From contig CANHFG010000002.1 in the NCBI GenBank assembly GCA_947459875.1, positions 1,527 to 65,526 on the forward strand: a DNA stretch of 64,000 nt. The letters are read 5' to 3'. This DNA is from Ignavibacteria bacterium. Its GTDB lineage: Bacteria > Bacteroidota > Ignavibacteria > Kapaibacteriales > Kapaibacteriaceae. The notes beneath the pieces are model-generated. The model saw only the letters and a program-made list of their open reading frames with translations, did no database searches and had not been told where the DNA came from. Positions within the stretch are counted from its first letter, which is position 1, and the number at the start of each line of letters is the position of its first letter. Made by a program: the position numbers and the translations under genes. Positions 26,131 through 35,573 of the stretch are shown piece after piece.

Positions 26131-27309
26131 TTACGGATCGCCGATCACTTCAAAGACCAGGAACTTCAGGTACTGCGTCTCTGGCATGGAAAGCAGGACC
26201 GGGTGATCGGGAGCTTGCGAACCGCGGTGCACAAGACGCAGACGTTTTCGGATTCGTGCAGATTCCCGATAGAGGATATCAAGCAGATCATGCTCGCTGA
26301 CAAGCTGTGTGCACGAGGAAGAAACGAGCAATCCGCCGGGCCGCAGCAGCTTCATAGCGCTGCGGTTCAGCTCAGAGTACCCGGCAAGCGCACCGCGAAT
26401 GGCCGAACGGGATTTGGCAAACGAGGGTGGGTCGAGAATGACCATGTCCCAGACCCGCTCCTGCTCGATGTGCTCGCGCAGCAGGTCAAAAACGTTAGCC
26501 TTGACGAACTGGCAATTGTCGAGCCCGTTGATCTCGGCGTGCCGGGTCGCACTGTTGATGGCCGATTCGGATGAGTCCACGCCCACCGCCATGGCCGCAT
26601 GCCCTTGCGCCGCATTCAGCGCAAAGCCGCCGACATTGCAAAAGCAATCCAAGACGCTACGGCCGGCCGAGAGTGACCCCACCACGCGGCGGTTGATCTT
26701 TTGATCAAGAAAGTAACCTGTCTTCTGGCCGCCAAGAAGATCGATCTCCAAGGCAAGACCGTTCTCTCGAACATGCACCCGCTCAGGAATCTCACCCCAG
26801 ACGACGGCATCGACAAGTTCGAGACCCTCCTTCTTGCGGGTCTGGGCTGTGTTCTTCTCAATGATACCCTTGAGATCGGGCAACTCCTGCCGGAGCGCTT
26901 CAATGACATGGGGCTTGGCACGATCCATCCCTGCTGAAAGCATTTGCAGCGCTGCGTACTGTCCGTATACGTCAACGATCAGCCCGCTGAGCATATCCGC
27001 CTCGCCGAAGACGAGACGATAGGCCTCTTCGTTCGGGAGCATCCGACGTCGCAGCTGGAGGGACGTCCGGAAACGTCGAACGAAAAAATCCGTGTCAAGT
27101 GTCTCTACCTCGCCCCCTAACAGGCGCACGGCAATCTTCGAAAGCGGATTGTACACGCCAGATCCGAGCGACGATCCGTCATGGGCCACAAGGCGCACGA
27201 GCTCACCGGGCACAGCATCGGGCGCATGCACCAGCTCATCACGATAGGCCCACAGGTGACCGTCGCGAAGGCGTCTTTCCTCACGCGGCTTCAGTGTTAG
27301 CGTTAGCAT
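26131..27309 (-). CDS. rlmI: Class I SAM-dependent rRNA methyltransferase (RlmI/RlmK-like, PUA plus MTase)
   Basis: 392 aa. The N-terminus has L.LKP.EERRLRDGHLW.Y. The SAM motif is VLDCFCNVGGFAL, followed by DMVILDPPSFAKS. Confidence 0.8.
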   Translation of the reverse strand: MLTLTLKPREERRLRDGHLWAYRDELVHAPDAVPGELVRLVAHDGSSLGSGVYNPLSKIAVRLLGGEVETLDTDFFVRRFRTSLQLRRRMLPNEEAYRLVFGEADMLSGLIVDVYGQYAALQMLSAGMDRAKPHVIEALRQELPDLKGIIEKNTAQTRKKEGLELVDAVVWGEIPERVHVRENGLALEIDLLGGQKTGYFLDQKINRRVVGSLSAGRSVLDCFCNVGGFALNAAQGHAAMAVGVDSSESAINSATRHAEINGLDNCQFVKANVFDLLREHIEQERVWDMVILDPPSFAKSRSAIRGALAGYSELNRSAMKLLRPGGLLVSSSCTQLVSEHDLLDILYRESARIRKRLRLVHRGSQAPDHPVLLSMPETQYLKFLVFEVIGDP

Positions 27310-27318
27310 TGATGCTGG

Positions 27319-27732
27319 TTACTTCTTACCCTTACCCTCTTCAAAAAAGTCCACTACATAGCCGGCCTTGCCCCATGCCCCCATTCCACCAAGCATGTTG
27401 CTAACGTTCTTCCAGCCCTTCTCGGACATCAGCTTGGCTGCTCTGGAACTGCGGCCACCGGCTGCGCAATACACCAGCACGGGCTTGTTCTTATCGATCT
27501 TGGCGATCATGGACTCGAATGCCGGATCGTTGTAGTTGGCCAAGACAGATTCAGCGATATGGCCGGCCTGGTATTCGGCGGGAGTGCGAACATCAAGAAT
27601 GGTCACGCCACCCTTGTCGATTATGGCCTTGGCAGCCTTGACGTCGACGTCCTTGACCTGCTGGGCACTCATCGTACATGAAAACATCGTTGCGAGAAAC
27701 ACGAGAGCGATGGCGATCCTGATCATGTTCAT
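27319..27732 (-). CDS. Rhodanese-domain protein with signal peptide
   Basis: Signal MNMIRIAIALVFLATMFSCTMSAQQ. Rhodanese fold with ILDVRTPAEY and active-site loop YCAAGGRS. Confidence 0.8.
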   Translation of the reverse strand: MNMIRIAIALVFLATMFSCTMSAQQVKDVDVKAAKAIIDKGGVTILDVRTPAEYQAGHIAESVLANYNDPAFESMIAKIDKNKPVLVYCAAGGRSSRAAKLMSEKGWKNVSNMLGGMGAWGKAGYVVDFFEEGKGKK

Positions 27733-28055
27733 TGTCCTTGTTGAATGTCGGAAACTGCCTTATTCACGGTCGTCCACGGACCACCATTGACTGCGGTATA
27801 TCCCTTCGACGCGGCGAATGACGTTGCTTGACCGCTGCGGCCACCAGAGGCGCAGCAGAAGACGATGGGCTTTGCCTTGGGATGTTTCTCAAGAGCCGCA
27901 GGGACCTCGTTGAGAGGAATGTTCTTCGATCCGGCCACGTGCCCACCCTGATATTCGGCCCGTGTTCGGACGTCGATGATGAGAGCTCCCTGCCGCAGGG
28001 CCTGCAACAGCTCGTCGTTCGAGCCGCCAAAAAGTGAACGCAACATACCGAGCAT
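27729..28055 (-). CDS. Single-domain rhodanese (cytoplasmic)
   Basis: 108 aa with IIDVRTRAEYQGGH and active-site loop FCCASGGRS. It overlaps the downstream rhodanese gene by 4 nt. Confidence 0.8.
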   Translation of the reverse strand: MLGMLRSLFGGSNDELLQALRQGALIIDVRTRAEYQGGHVAGSKNIPLNEVPAALEKHPKAKPIVFCCASGGRSGQATSFAASKGYTAVNGGPWTTVNKAVSDIQQGQ

Positions 28056-28236
28056 AGGAAGGGGCCTCTATCGCTGTTGTGAAGTGGAACTACCCGTGCG
28101 CACCGACTGGGCGCCCTCGGAGCGGCAATCTACGACGCGCAGTTGTCACGGATGTTGGCCCGGCTTCACGGCGCATGTCACGTTTCGCCCCCTTGACGTC
28201 ACATCGACCGAAACAACCACCGGTTTAACCACAATT

Positions 28237-28725
28237 ATGCGGGAGCATGCCATGCATGGCTACAAAGGACTCGGTCTGCATCTGATTCTCATACCACGTC
28301 AGGACTCAATGATCCCCCCGGACGTGAAGCACATTCTCGAACAGACTATCGATCTGACGGCCCGAAAGCACAAGCTTGAGTGTGCCGCAATGCATGCCCG
28401 AGAGGATCATCTGCACGTGCTGCTATCGGTGACCGACGAGGCGGACATTGCCGACTTTATCGGTGACCTGCTGGAGAATCTCCGACGTCTCATGAGAGGC
28501 CAAGGGGCGCACCTGAGATCATTCGACTGGGACGAGGGGGTGCATGTGACGCTGCTACCGCCATGGCACCTTGAGATCATGGCCAGCTTCGTGCGCGACC
28601 AGGAACGGTTTCACCAGACGCGAACACTCGAGAATGAACTCGACGAAGTATTCCGACCCAACAGTCCGCCGAGCTTCTCCGACATTGGCGAATCGCCGCG
28701 CCGCTCAGCCCTTCAGATCCATTGA
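28237..28725 (+). CDS. IS200/IS605-family (HUH, Y1) transposase-like protein with the catalytic Tyr position occupied by Phe
   Basis: In-frame ATG at 28237 within ORF 27976..28725. HUH motif EDHLHVLL is present. The C-terminus FDWDEGVHV..ASFVRDQERFHQTRTLENEL is collinear with the ..W.EGY....YI.NQEEHH.. signature of IS200-like proteins. The codon aligned with the catalytic Tyr is TTC (28588-28590). No tnpB and no flanking hairpins were seen. Confidence 0.65.
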   Translation: MREHAMHGYKGLGLHLILIPRQDSMIPPDVKHILEQTIDLTARKHKLECAAMHAREDHLHVLLSVTDEADIADFIGDLLENLRRLMRGQGAHLRSFDWDEGVHVTLLPPWHLEIMASFVRDQERFHQTRTLENELDEVFRPNSPPSFSDIGESPRRSALQIH

Positions 28726-30024
28726 CACGGCAGAGCCGGCCTCACCGCGGGCAATGATGCTCATGGCCTTGGCAAAGCGCTGCATCTCGTCAACAGTTGT
28801 ATAGACGGAAGGGGCTACCCGTAGCCCCTTGAAGTCCTCATGCCCGATCGAGACGGTGAAGATCCGATGCTTCTCCAGAAGATAACTCGAGACCTTGCCC
28901 GGATCCGTACCCTCGACGTGCACCAGACGCAGTCCGCACTGATTGTCATCGTCCTTGATGTCGGTTAGAAAGCGCACCGTCTCGTACTTCTCAAGCTGAT
29001 CCGTCCACACGCTGTGCAGGTATCGCAGTCGCGCAGCTTTGCGCTCAATGCCCATGGCACGGTGAAAGGCAATGGACTCGATGAGGGCATTGTGCATCGC
29101 TGCCGGATGCGTACCGATCTCTTCGAACTTGCGGATGTTCGTATCCATCTCCTTGGGCGCCGACATCAGCGGCCAGATGTCGGCTATGCGGTCCTTCTTG
29201 ACGTAGAGCATACCCGTGCCGATCGGACCGAGAAACCACTTATGAAGTGCGGTTCCGAAAAACTCGCATTCAAGATCTTTCTGAGTGAACGGGAAATGCG
29301 CAAATGAGTGTGCCCCATCAACGAAGCACCGGATTCCGCGCTTCGCTGCAAGGCGGCAGACATCGCGCACGGGCAGGATCTGTCCCGTTAGAAACACCAC
29401 ATGAGAAATGTGGATGACCTTGGTGCGCGGTGTAATCGCCGCTTCTATATTATCGACCATGTCCTGACGTCGGCGAAGGGGCGTCGGTATACCCACTTTC
29501 TTCAGGACGATCCCATCACGACGAACGCGCTGATCCCACGTGGTGAGCATACGTGGATAGTCATGCGTTGTTGTCAGCACCTCATCGCCCCGTTCGAGAG
29601 GCACGCCCAGCTGGAGAGTCTCAAGTGCCTCACTGGCATTGCGCATGATGGCGATCTCCTCGGCGTCGACCTCGAAGATCCCTGCCAACCCCTCACGGAT
29701 GGTCTCAACCTGTGGTTCCTGGTGACGCCACATCTCATAGGCCGGCATGTTGTTGGCCTGTTCCGTATATCGCCGGAAGGCCTGCTGAACGGTACGGGGC
29801 GAGGGGGACACGCCGCCGTTGTTGAGATTGATGATCGAACGGTCCACATCAAAAGCCTGCTGGACCGTCACCCAGAAATCCTCATCGGATGCAACCAGCG
29901 CAGGAGGCACATTCGGCAGTGCCGAAGGCAACCAGCGAGTCACCTCTGCCAACGCATCAGAGGCGAAAAGCGCGGTCGGACCGAGTGCCGCGAGCGAGCG
30001 CAGCATTGAACGTCGCGAGGTCAT
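28705..30024 (-). CDS. Class V-fold PLP-dependent aminotransferase/epimerase/desulfurase-like enzyme with twin-arginine (Tat) signal
   Basis: N-terminus MTSRRSMLRSLAALGPTALFASDALA. PLP-lysine context ALHKWFLGPIGTGMLYV. 439 aa. Confidence 0.8.
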   Translation of the reverse strand: MTSRRSMLRSLAALGPTALFASDALAEVTRWLPSALPNVPPALVASDEDFWVTVQQAFDVDRSIINLNNGGVSPSPRTVQQAFRRYTEQANNMPAYEMWRHQEPQVETIREGLAGIFEVDAEEIAIMRNASEALETLQLGVPLERGDEVLTTTHDYPRMLTTWDQRVRRDGIVLKKVGIPTPLRRRQDMVDNIEAAITPRTKVIHISHVVFLTGQILPVRDVCRLAAKRGIRCFVDGAHSFAHFPFTQKDLECEFFGTALHKWFLGPIGTGMLYVKKDRIADIWPLMSAPKEMDTNIRKFEEIGTHPAAMHNALIESIAFHRAMGIERKAARLRYLHSVWTDQLEKYETVRFLTDIKDDDNQCGLRLVHVEGTDPGKVSSYLLEKHRIFTVSIGHEDFKGLRVAPSVYTTVDEMQRFAKAMSIIARGEAGSAVSMDLKG

Positions 30025-30084
30025 GCAGAAACTCCCTGGAGCCGTGGCTGGTTATATTCGCAATTCTCTTTACGAAGGTACGAC

Positions 30085-31176
30085 ATGAAGACGACGAAGT
30101 TCCACGCCCTTCACCTTGCCGCCGGCGCGAAAATGGTCTCATTCGCCGGGTTCGAAATGCCCATCCAGTATCCGACTGGCATTATCGCCGAACACAGAAT
30201 CGTTCGCAGTGGCGTCGGGATCTTCGATGTTTCGCACATGGGCGAGTTCTTCTTAACCGGCACAGATGCGCTGGCGCTGATCCAGAAGATCACCGTGAAC
30301 GACGCTTCAAAGCTGACACCCGGAAAGGCTCAGTACTCGGCGCTCCCCCGCCCTGATGGTGGCCTGGTGGACGATCTGCTGGTCTACATGCTGGCGGAAA
30401 ACTCCTACATGCTTGTTGTGAACGGCGCGAACATCGACAAGGACTGGGCCTGGGTACGTCAGCAGGCCGAAGGATTTGCCAATGTCGAACTTGTCGATCG
30501 CAGCGACGACTATAGCCTGCTTGCTGTGCAGGGACCAAAGAGCATTGAGATCCTCCAGAAGCTGACCTCGACGGATCTTTCCGAGATCCAGTACTACGGA
30601 TTTGCTGAAGGCACGCTCGCCGGAGTGCCCATGATCCTATCGCGCACGGGTTACACCGGAGAGATCGGCTTCGAACTCTATTTCACCGGAGATGTGGCCG
30701 TTGCCGAAACAGTTGTCAAGGCCCTGTTCGATGCAGGTGCCGAGCATGGCATCGCGTGGATCGGACTCGGAGCACGTGACACCCTCCGACTGGAAAAGGG
30801 TTACTGCCTGTATGGTAATGACATTACCGACGAGACGAATCCGATCGAAGCAGGTCTCGGGTGGATCACCAAGCTTGCCAAGGGTGCATTCAATGGAAGC
30901 GATGTGATCGCTGCAGTTAAGGAACAGGGCCCGCAGCGCAAGCTGGTAGGCTTCAAGATGCTCACCGAAAAGCTCATTCCACGCAGCGGCTATGCGATCT
31001 CTCACGAAGGACAGAGCGTTGGCATCGTCACAAGTGGTAATCAGTCGCCGACGCTAGGTGTCGGGATCGGACTCGGGTACGTACCAACGGCTCTTGCGAC
31101 ACCGGGAACGACGATCGACGTTGCAGCTCGCGGAACAACCTTCCCGGCTGAAGTGGTGAAGATCCCCTTCTGTTAA
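30085..31176 (+). CDS. gcvT: Glycine cleavage system aminomethyltransferase (T protein)
   Basis: 363 aa with FAGFEMPIQY, GIFDVSHMGEF and SRTGYTGEIGFEL. Confidence 0.93.
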   Translation: MKTTKFHALHLAAGAKMVSFAGFEMPIQYPTGIIAEHRIVRSGVGIFDVSHMGEFFLTGTDALALIQKITVNDASKLTPGKAQYSALPRPDGGLVDDLLVYMLAENSYMLVVNGANIDKDWAWVRQQAEGFANVELVDRSDDYSLLAVQGPKSIEILQKLTSTDLSEIQYYGFAEGTLAGVPMILSRTGYTGEIGFELYFTGDVAVAETVVKALFDAGAEHGIAWIGLGARDTLRLEKGYCLYGNDITDETNPIEAGLGWITKLAKGAFNGSDVIAAVKEQGPQRKLVGFKMLTEKLIPRSGYAISHEGQSVGIVTSGNQSPTLGVGIGLGYVPTALATPGTTIDVAARGTTFPAEVVKIPFC

Positions 31177-31200
31177 GAGCGGACCTCCCAGTAGAGTTCG

Positions 31201-32001
31201 CTAACGGCTGCCTGTCGAGTCACTCCTTATCGGTTCAACGTTGTCATCGACCACTCGAAGACTGACGCGCGCCGTGCCTGCCCTGATCATATCCAGATCA
31301 ACGGCCGCCTGCTTGGACAGGTCGATGATCCTGGACTTCTTCCAAGGTCCTCGATCGGTCACCCTGACCACCACCTGACGTCCATTGGCCAGATTGGTAA
31401 CCAGAAGTTTGGTGTTGAACGGAAGCCAGCGATGCGCACATGTTCTATCATGCATGTCAAAGACCTCACCGCTTGATGTGCGACGACCATGGAAGGCATC
31501 GGCATAGTACGAGGCTGTTCCCGTGTCGGAATCACGACGCATGATCAGTTCTGTAAGAGAGTCACTCACTGTGCGACCAGTGGGCACGCGCTGCGTCCGC
31601 GTTGCGCGCACGGCACCGGCAACGATCTGGCTGTCACGCTTTGTTACAACCACCGATGACGTGTCTGCTGGCGCCATTTGCGCGGGCTCGGAAGTATCCT
31701 GTTTTGTGAGCGACTGCAGAAGCTCCAGCTCCCGACGTTCGGAAACCGTTACGGCCTTGCGCAGCGAGTCACTTCGCATGCGCAAGAGCATAGACTCCAC
31801 GCGAAGACTATCGCTCAGGCGCCACTGACGGTCCCACTGCGCACGCAGACTATCCGACGCCCGCCGATCGCGTTCTATCTGACGCCGCACCTCTCGCAAG
31901 GCCTGAGCCGACGAGTCTGCCATCCGACCTTGCTGAGCATGCACGGGCAAAACCGCCATCATGGCAGCACAGGCGATCAGCGGTAGTATGAAGAGGCGCA
32001 T
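31201..32001 (-). CDS. rlpA: RlpA-family septal ring lytic transglycosylase-like lipoprotein (DPBB domain)
   Basis: Signal peptide, Arg/Ser-rich coiled region, then GTASYYADAFHGRRTSSGEVFD...VVVRVTDRGP. Confidence 0.85.
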   Translation of the reverse strand: MRLFILPLIACAAMMAVLPVHAQQGRMADSSAQALREVRRQIERDRRASDSLRAQWDRQWRLSDSLRVESMLLRMRSDSLRKAVTVSERRELELLQSLTKQDTSEPAQMAPADTSSVVVTKRDSQIVAGAVRATRTQRVPTGRTVSDSLTELIMRRDSDTGTASYYADAFHGRRTSSGEVFDMHDRTCAHRWLPFNTKLLVTNLANGRQVVVRVTDRGPWKKSRIIDLSKQAAVDLDMIRAGTARVSLRVVDDNVEPIRSDSTGSR

Positions 32002-32013
32002 GATTGAAGGGGG

Positions 32014-33105
32014 CTAAAAGTGCTTTGATATCTGTCGTCGACGCAGAAGCTCAACAAGATCGCGGACATTTTCCGTCAGACCGCGCCTACACACGAGCAC
32101 AGAGTTCTCCGTTTCGACAACGATCAGATTATCGACATCCACGACTCCCACAAGTCGTCCGGACCCTGCAGAGATAAGACTATTGGTCGTTCGCACGGTG
32201 GTGACGTTTCCTTCGATGACGTTGTTCTTCCCGTCTTTAAGCGACATACGATAGAGCTCATCCCACGTTCCCAGGTCGCTCCACCCAAAAGAGCCCTCCA
32301 CAACACCGATGGTCGGATCGCGTTCCAGCACAGCAACGTCAAATGAGACGGATCTCATCTGTCTGTAGAGCGATTCGAGCAGTTCTTTGTGGTCAGCCCC
32401 CTGGCCTCGTCGCTGCCATTGGCGCAGCAAGGGGGCGTGATCTGGCATGTACTGTTCAACCGCACGATTGATGGCCTTCGCTGTCCCGACAACGATGCCG
32501 CTGTTCCACACGAAGTCACCCGCATCGATAAAACGCTGTGCAGTGGCTGCATCGGGTTTTTCGGCAAAGCTGCGTACGCCCTTGACATGATCGCGCAGAA
32601 CGGGATTGTCGCTTGTCATTGCATCGCCGACCTGGATGTAGCCATATCCGGTCTCGGGTCTGGTGGGCATCACTCCAATGGTCATGATGCAGTCCATTGC
32701 CACTGCCGCCGTGCTTGCCATGTCAACCACAACCTGAAACTCGCGAATGTTGCTAATGACGTGGTCGCTCGGAAGGATGACCATGACAACATCCGGACCG
32801 TAGCGTTGCTCGATCTCGGCGGCCGAGAGTGCAATGGCAGGACCGGTGTTGCGTCCAAACGGCTCGCTGATGATGCGCTCCGGCGCAACCATCGGCAGCT
32901 GGTCTAGAATGTGGTGGTGAAGGTCGACCGTAGTGACAACGTGGACGTCGGCAAGTTCGATCAACGGCTGCAGTCGTGCCACGGTATTCTGGATCAGTGT
33001 GCCTTCACCGATCGCATGAACGAACTGCTTCGGCTTTCTCTCGGTGCCCCGCGGCCAGAGCCGAACACCCAGTCCGCCAGCAAGGATCACTGCAACGATC
33101 TTCAT
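32014..33105 (-). CDS. Mannose-1-phosphate guanylyltransferase (nucleotidyltransferase only)
   Basis: ORF 32014..33147. The likely start is MKIVAVILAGGLGVRLWP (ATG at 33105). Also present: ..FGRNTGPAIAL.. and ..GYGYIQ... Confidence 0.85.
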   Translation of the reverse strand: MKIVAVILAGGLGVRLWPRGTERKPKQFVHAIGEGTLIQNTVARLQPLIELADVHVVTTVDLHHHILDQLPMVAPERIISEPFGRNTGPAIALSAAEIEQRYGPDVVMVILPSDHVISNIREFQVVVDMASTAAVAMDCIMTIGVMPTRPETGYGYIQVGDAMTSDNPVLRDHVKGVRSFAEKPDAATAQRFIDAGDFVWNSGIVVGTAKAINRAVEQYMPDHAPLLRQWQRRGQGADHKELLESLYRQMRSVSFDVAVLERDPTIGVVEGSFGWSDLGTWDELYRMSLKDGKNNVIEGNVTTVRTTNSLISAGSGRLVGVVDVDNLIVVETENSVLVCRRGLTENVRDLVELLRRRQISKHF

Positions 33106-33163
33106 GGCGACGAAACTACGGAGCCCCGTATCTTCGCAGTCAACCATTTATGGAGTCGATATC

Positions 33164-33919
33164 ATGTTTCGGCCATTTGCCATCGTTCTTATGACCATGT
33201 TAAGCTTCGTCTGCGCTGCGGCACAGGACGATCGGCTGGACGAGCTAAGCTTTGACGAGGAGCCGTTGCCGGAGGAAACCGTGGCGTATTCCTCGATTGG
33301 CATCGGACCCGTGTTTTCGTTATTCACACCGAACGTTGCAGACCTCAACTCGCAAGCATCGAAAATGGGGCTCGATGAACTGTCATCTCCTTTCTTTATG
33401 GCTGGAGCCGAGTTCTTTACAGCCGTTGGCGTCTTCCCGAATTTCCGGCTGGGCTTCTCATGGCTCTCCGGATCTGTCAACTCGGTGAAAGATATGGTCG
33501 GCACCGGCGGCGGCGTGAAGAAGAGCCTCGAATACGCCGTTTCTACTCGTTCTCTCCATATCGACTACGCGATCGTACCAACAGCAAAGCTTGCGATCAT
33601 TCCAGGAGTGGGGCTAACGTCTGGCTATTCGACGATAACGTCGTCCTCCACAAGCGGTTCATTTGATTGGTCGATCGACACTTCCTTCACCTCGCAGGTT
33701 TTTCTCGAACAGAGCTCGCTGAGCATCTTGCCGCGGCTCTCAATCGAGTACGCTGTTACCCCGTTTCTGAATCTTAGGGCTCAGGCCAACTATGCAGTGC
33801 CGGTATCAACCTCTGACTGGACAGCAAACACGTACGGTACAGCTCTGAACGTTCCGTCATCAATCGCCATCAACGGCCTGTCCGCTCAAATCGGCGTTTT
33901 TGTTGGTCTGTTCAACTGA
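33164..33919 (+). CDS. Outer-membrane beta-barrel protein (small porin-like)
   Basis: In-frame ATG at 33164 gives signal MFRPFAIVLMTMLSFVCAAAQ. Alternating-hydrophobic strands are present and the protein ends ..LSAQIGVFVGLFN. Confidence 0.7.
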   Translation: MFRPFAIVLMTMLSFVCAAAQDDRLDELSFDEEPLPEETVAYSSIGIGPVFSLFTPNVADLNSQASKMGLDELSSPFFMAGAEFFTAVGVFPNFRLGFSWLSGSVNSVKDMVGTGGGVKKSLEYAVSTRSLHIDYAIVPTAKLAIIPGVGLTSGYSTITSSSTSGSFDWSIDTSFTSQVFLEQSSLSILPRLSIEYAVTPFLNLRAQANYAVPVSTSDWTANTYGTALNVPSSIAINGLSAQIGVFVGLFN

Positions 33920-33935
33920 TACGTCTATCAGCCAC

Positions 33936-34008
<73 letters not shown>

Positions 34009-34061
34009 CTTTTCATTCTGCTGGCACACGACGCTTCCAAGCGGCACGTCCTTTCTGACGC

Positions 34062-34862
34062 GTGTTTCGCCCCATCACCATCGCCGCACTCGTTCTTTCT
34101 GCAGCGCTCCTGCTGCAGGCCGACGACGATCGACCACCGCTCAGACACATCGCCAACGAGGCCTTTGGACTCGGCGAGCGACTTGAATACAGCGTTGGAT
34201 ACAAGTTTATCAAAGCCGGCACGGCGTACTTCTCTATCGGCAAGCAGCCGGTGATGGTTTCTGGCAGACCCTGCTATGACGTGCGCTTTGAGGTAGCTTC
34301 GCTGAAATCTCTGGACTTTCTCTACCGCGTACGAGATAGGTATCGTACGCTCGTCGACATTGACGGCATCTTCCCCTGGAAGTTTGAACAGAGTATCCGT
34401 GAAGGGGGCTTTCATAAGGACTTCTCGGCATCGTTTGACCATGTCGGCAAGCTTGCCACGACCACCGAGGGTAATTTTCCGATCCCGGTGTTTGTGCATG
34501 ACATCGTATCGGCGTTCTACTACATCCGCGCCCTCGATCTGTCGCGCTACAAGCGTGGAGAGGTCATCTACCTTCAGAATTTCTTCGATCGAGAGACGCA
34601 CGATCTGGCCGTCAAGATCCTTGGACGTCAGAACGTCGAGGTTGAAGCCGGCACATTCCGCTGCGTCCTGGTCGAGCCAGTCATCAAGTCTGGCAGTCTC
34701 TTCAAGTTTGAAGGAAAGCTTCTGCTATGGCTTTCCGATGACGAACGTCGAATCCCTGTAAAGGTCAGCACAAAGATCCCTATCGGCTCGATCGATGCCG
34801 AATTGACAGGATACTCCGGTCTGCGGGGCCCGGTAGGCGCCCGTATTTCTTCACCTCGATAA
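34062..34862 (+). CDS. DUF3108 domain-containing protein
   Basis: GTG start with signal MFRPITIAALVLSAALLLQA. GERLEYSVGYKFIKAGTAYF.. and ..DFLYRVRDRYRTLVD.. are typical of DUF3108. Confidence 0.75.
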   Translation: MFRPITIAALVLSAALLLQADDDRPPLRHIANEAFGLGERLEYSVGYKFIKAGTAYFSIGKQPVMVSGRPCYDVRFEVASLKSLDFLYRVRDRYRTLVDIDGIFPWKFEQSIREGGFHKDFSASFDHVGKLATTTEGNFPIPVFVHDIVSAFYYIRALDLSRYKRGEVIYLQNFFDRETHDLAVKILGRQNVEVEAGTFRCVLVEPVIKSGSLFKFEGKLLLWLSDDERRIPVKVSTKIPIGSIDAELTGYSGLRGPVGARISSPR

Positions 34863-34870
34863 TCATCCCT

Positions 34871-35470
34871 ATGCGATCATCCCTTCAGACTGCTTCGGTA
34901 GGCATCTTGCTGCTTGCTCTCGGCACCCATGAGCTGTCGGCCAGCGATGCTCTTGCGGCATTTCACGCTAAGTACCGATCACTCACCTCGCTGAGAATGA
35001 CATTCAGTGGTTCGGACGGTGTGTCCGGAACAATCAGCGCTCGAAGGGGCGGAATGTACCGTATAGAAGTTGCCGGACGGACCATTGTCTGCGATGGTAA
35101 AACGGTCTGGAGCGGCGACGCCTCCACTCGTAGCGTCGTCATCAATGCGTACAAGCCCCTTTCCACCGACGTCTCACTGGAGCGGGTGTTCTTCGAGATC
35201 ATGTCGGTGTATCGATCTCAGGTCGTACAGAGCAATGCAACTTCAACCATCCTGCGCTTGAGTGCTCCGGAGCCAGCGGCAGTGATCGCAAACGTCACAT
35301 CGCTCGACGTCACACTCAATGCATCCTATACCGTTACACAGATCACGGTGGCTTCCGGCCCCTCACGCATCACCTATGCCATTTCACGGTTCAAACGCAA
35401 CCCTTCGATCGCTGCATCCAGCTTTCGGTATACTCCGCCAAAGGGGTGGGAAGTTATCGATCTTCGTTAA
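34871..35470 (+). CDS. LolA-like outer-membrane lipoprotein carrier family protein
   Basis: 199 aa with a signal peptide. The pattern ..SLRMTFSG....SGTISARRGGMYRIEVAGRTIVCDGKTVWS.. is LolA-like. Confidence 0.65.
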   Translation: MRSSLQTASVGILLLALGTHELSASDALAAFHAKYRSLTSLRMTFSGSDGVSGTISARRGGMYRIEVAGRTIVCDGKTVWSGDASTRSVVINAYKPLSTDVSLERVFFEIMSVYRSQVVQSNATSTILRLSAPEPAAVIANVTSLDVTLNASYTVTQITVASGPSRITYAISRFKRNPSIAASSFRYTPPKGWEVIDLR

Positions 35471-35512
35471 GCTCTCCTGCTCCAGGTAAACGCATACGAC
35501 CGTACAAACGAG

Positions 35513-35546
35513 AAACGGCGGCAAGGATCTCTCCTTGCCGCCGTTT
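35513..35546. terminator. Bidirectional terminator hairpin between convergent genes
   Basis: Perfect 15-bp stem aaacggcggcaagga / tccttgccgccgttt with a 4-nt loop. Confidence 0.75.
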
Positions 35547-35573
35547 GTGTGATAGGTGTCTTCGTTAAAGGTC

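Noticed and set aside
28237-28725. Active IS200/IS605 insertion sequence.
   Set aside because: It is a single HUH gene with Phe at the catalytic Tyr position, no tnpB and no visible terminal hairpins or target duplication, and it overlaps the neighbouring gene's 3' end. I annotated it as a transposase-like CDS, not a mobile element.
30025-30084. Glycine riboswitch expected upstream of gcvT.
   Set aside because: Only 60 nt separate gcvT from the divergent aminotransferase start. I could not find the conserved GGAGAG...CACCG aptamer cores.
34018-34045. Sigma-54 promoter candidates (TGGCAC words at about 5337, 20580, 22337, 28564 and 34024), given that rpoN is in the window.
   Set aside because: None has TTGC(A/T) at the required spacing (GG-N10-GC). 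Several are inside genes or on the wrong strand.
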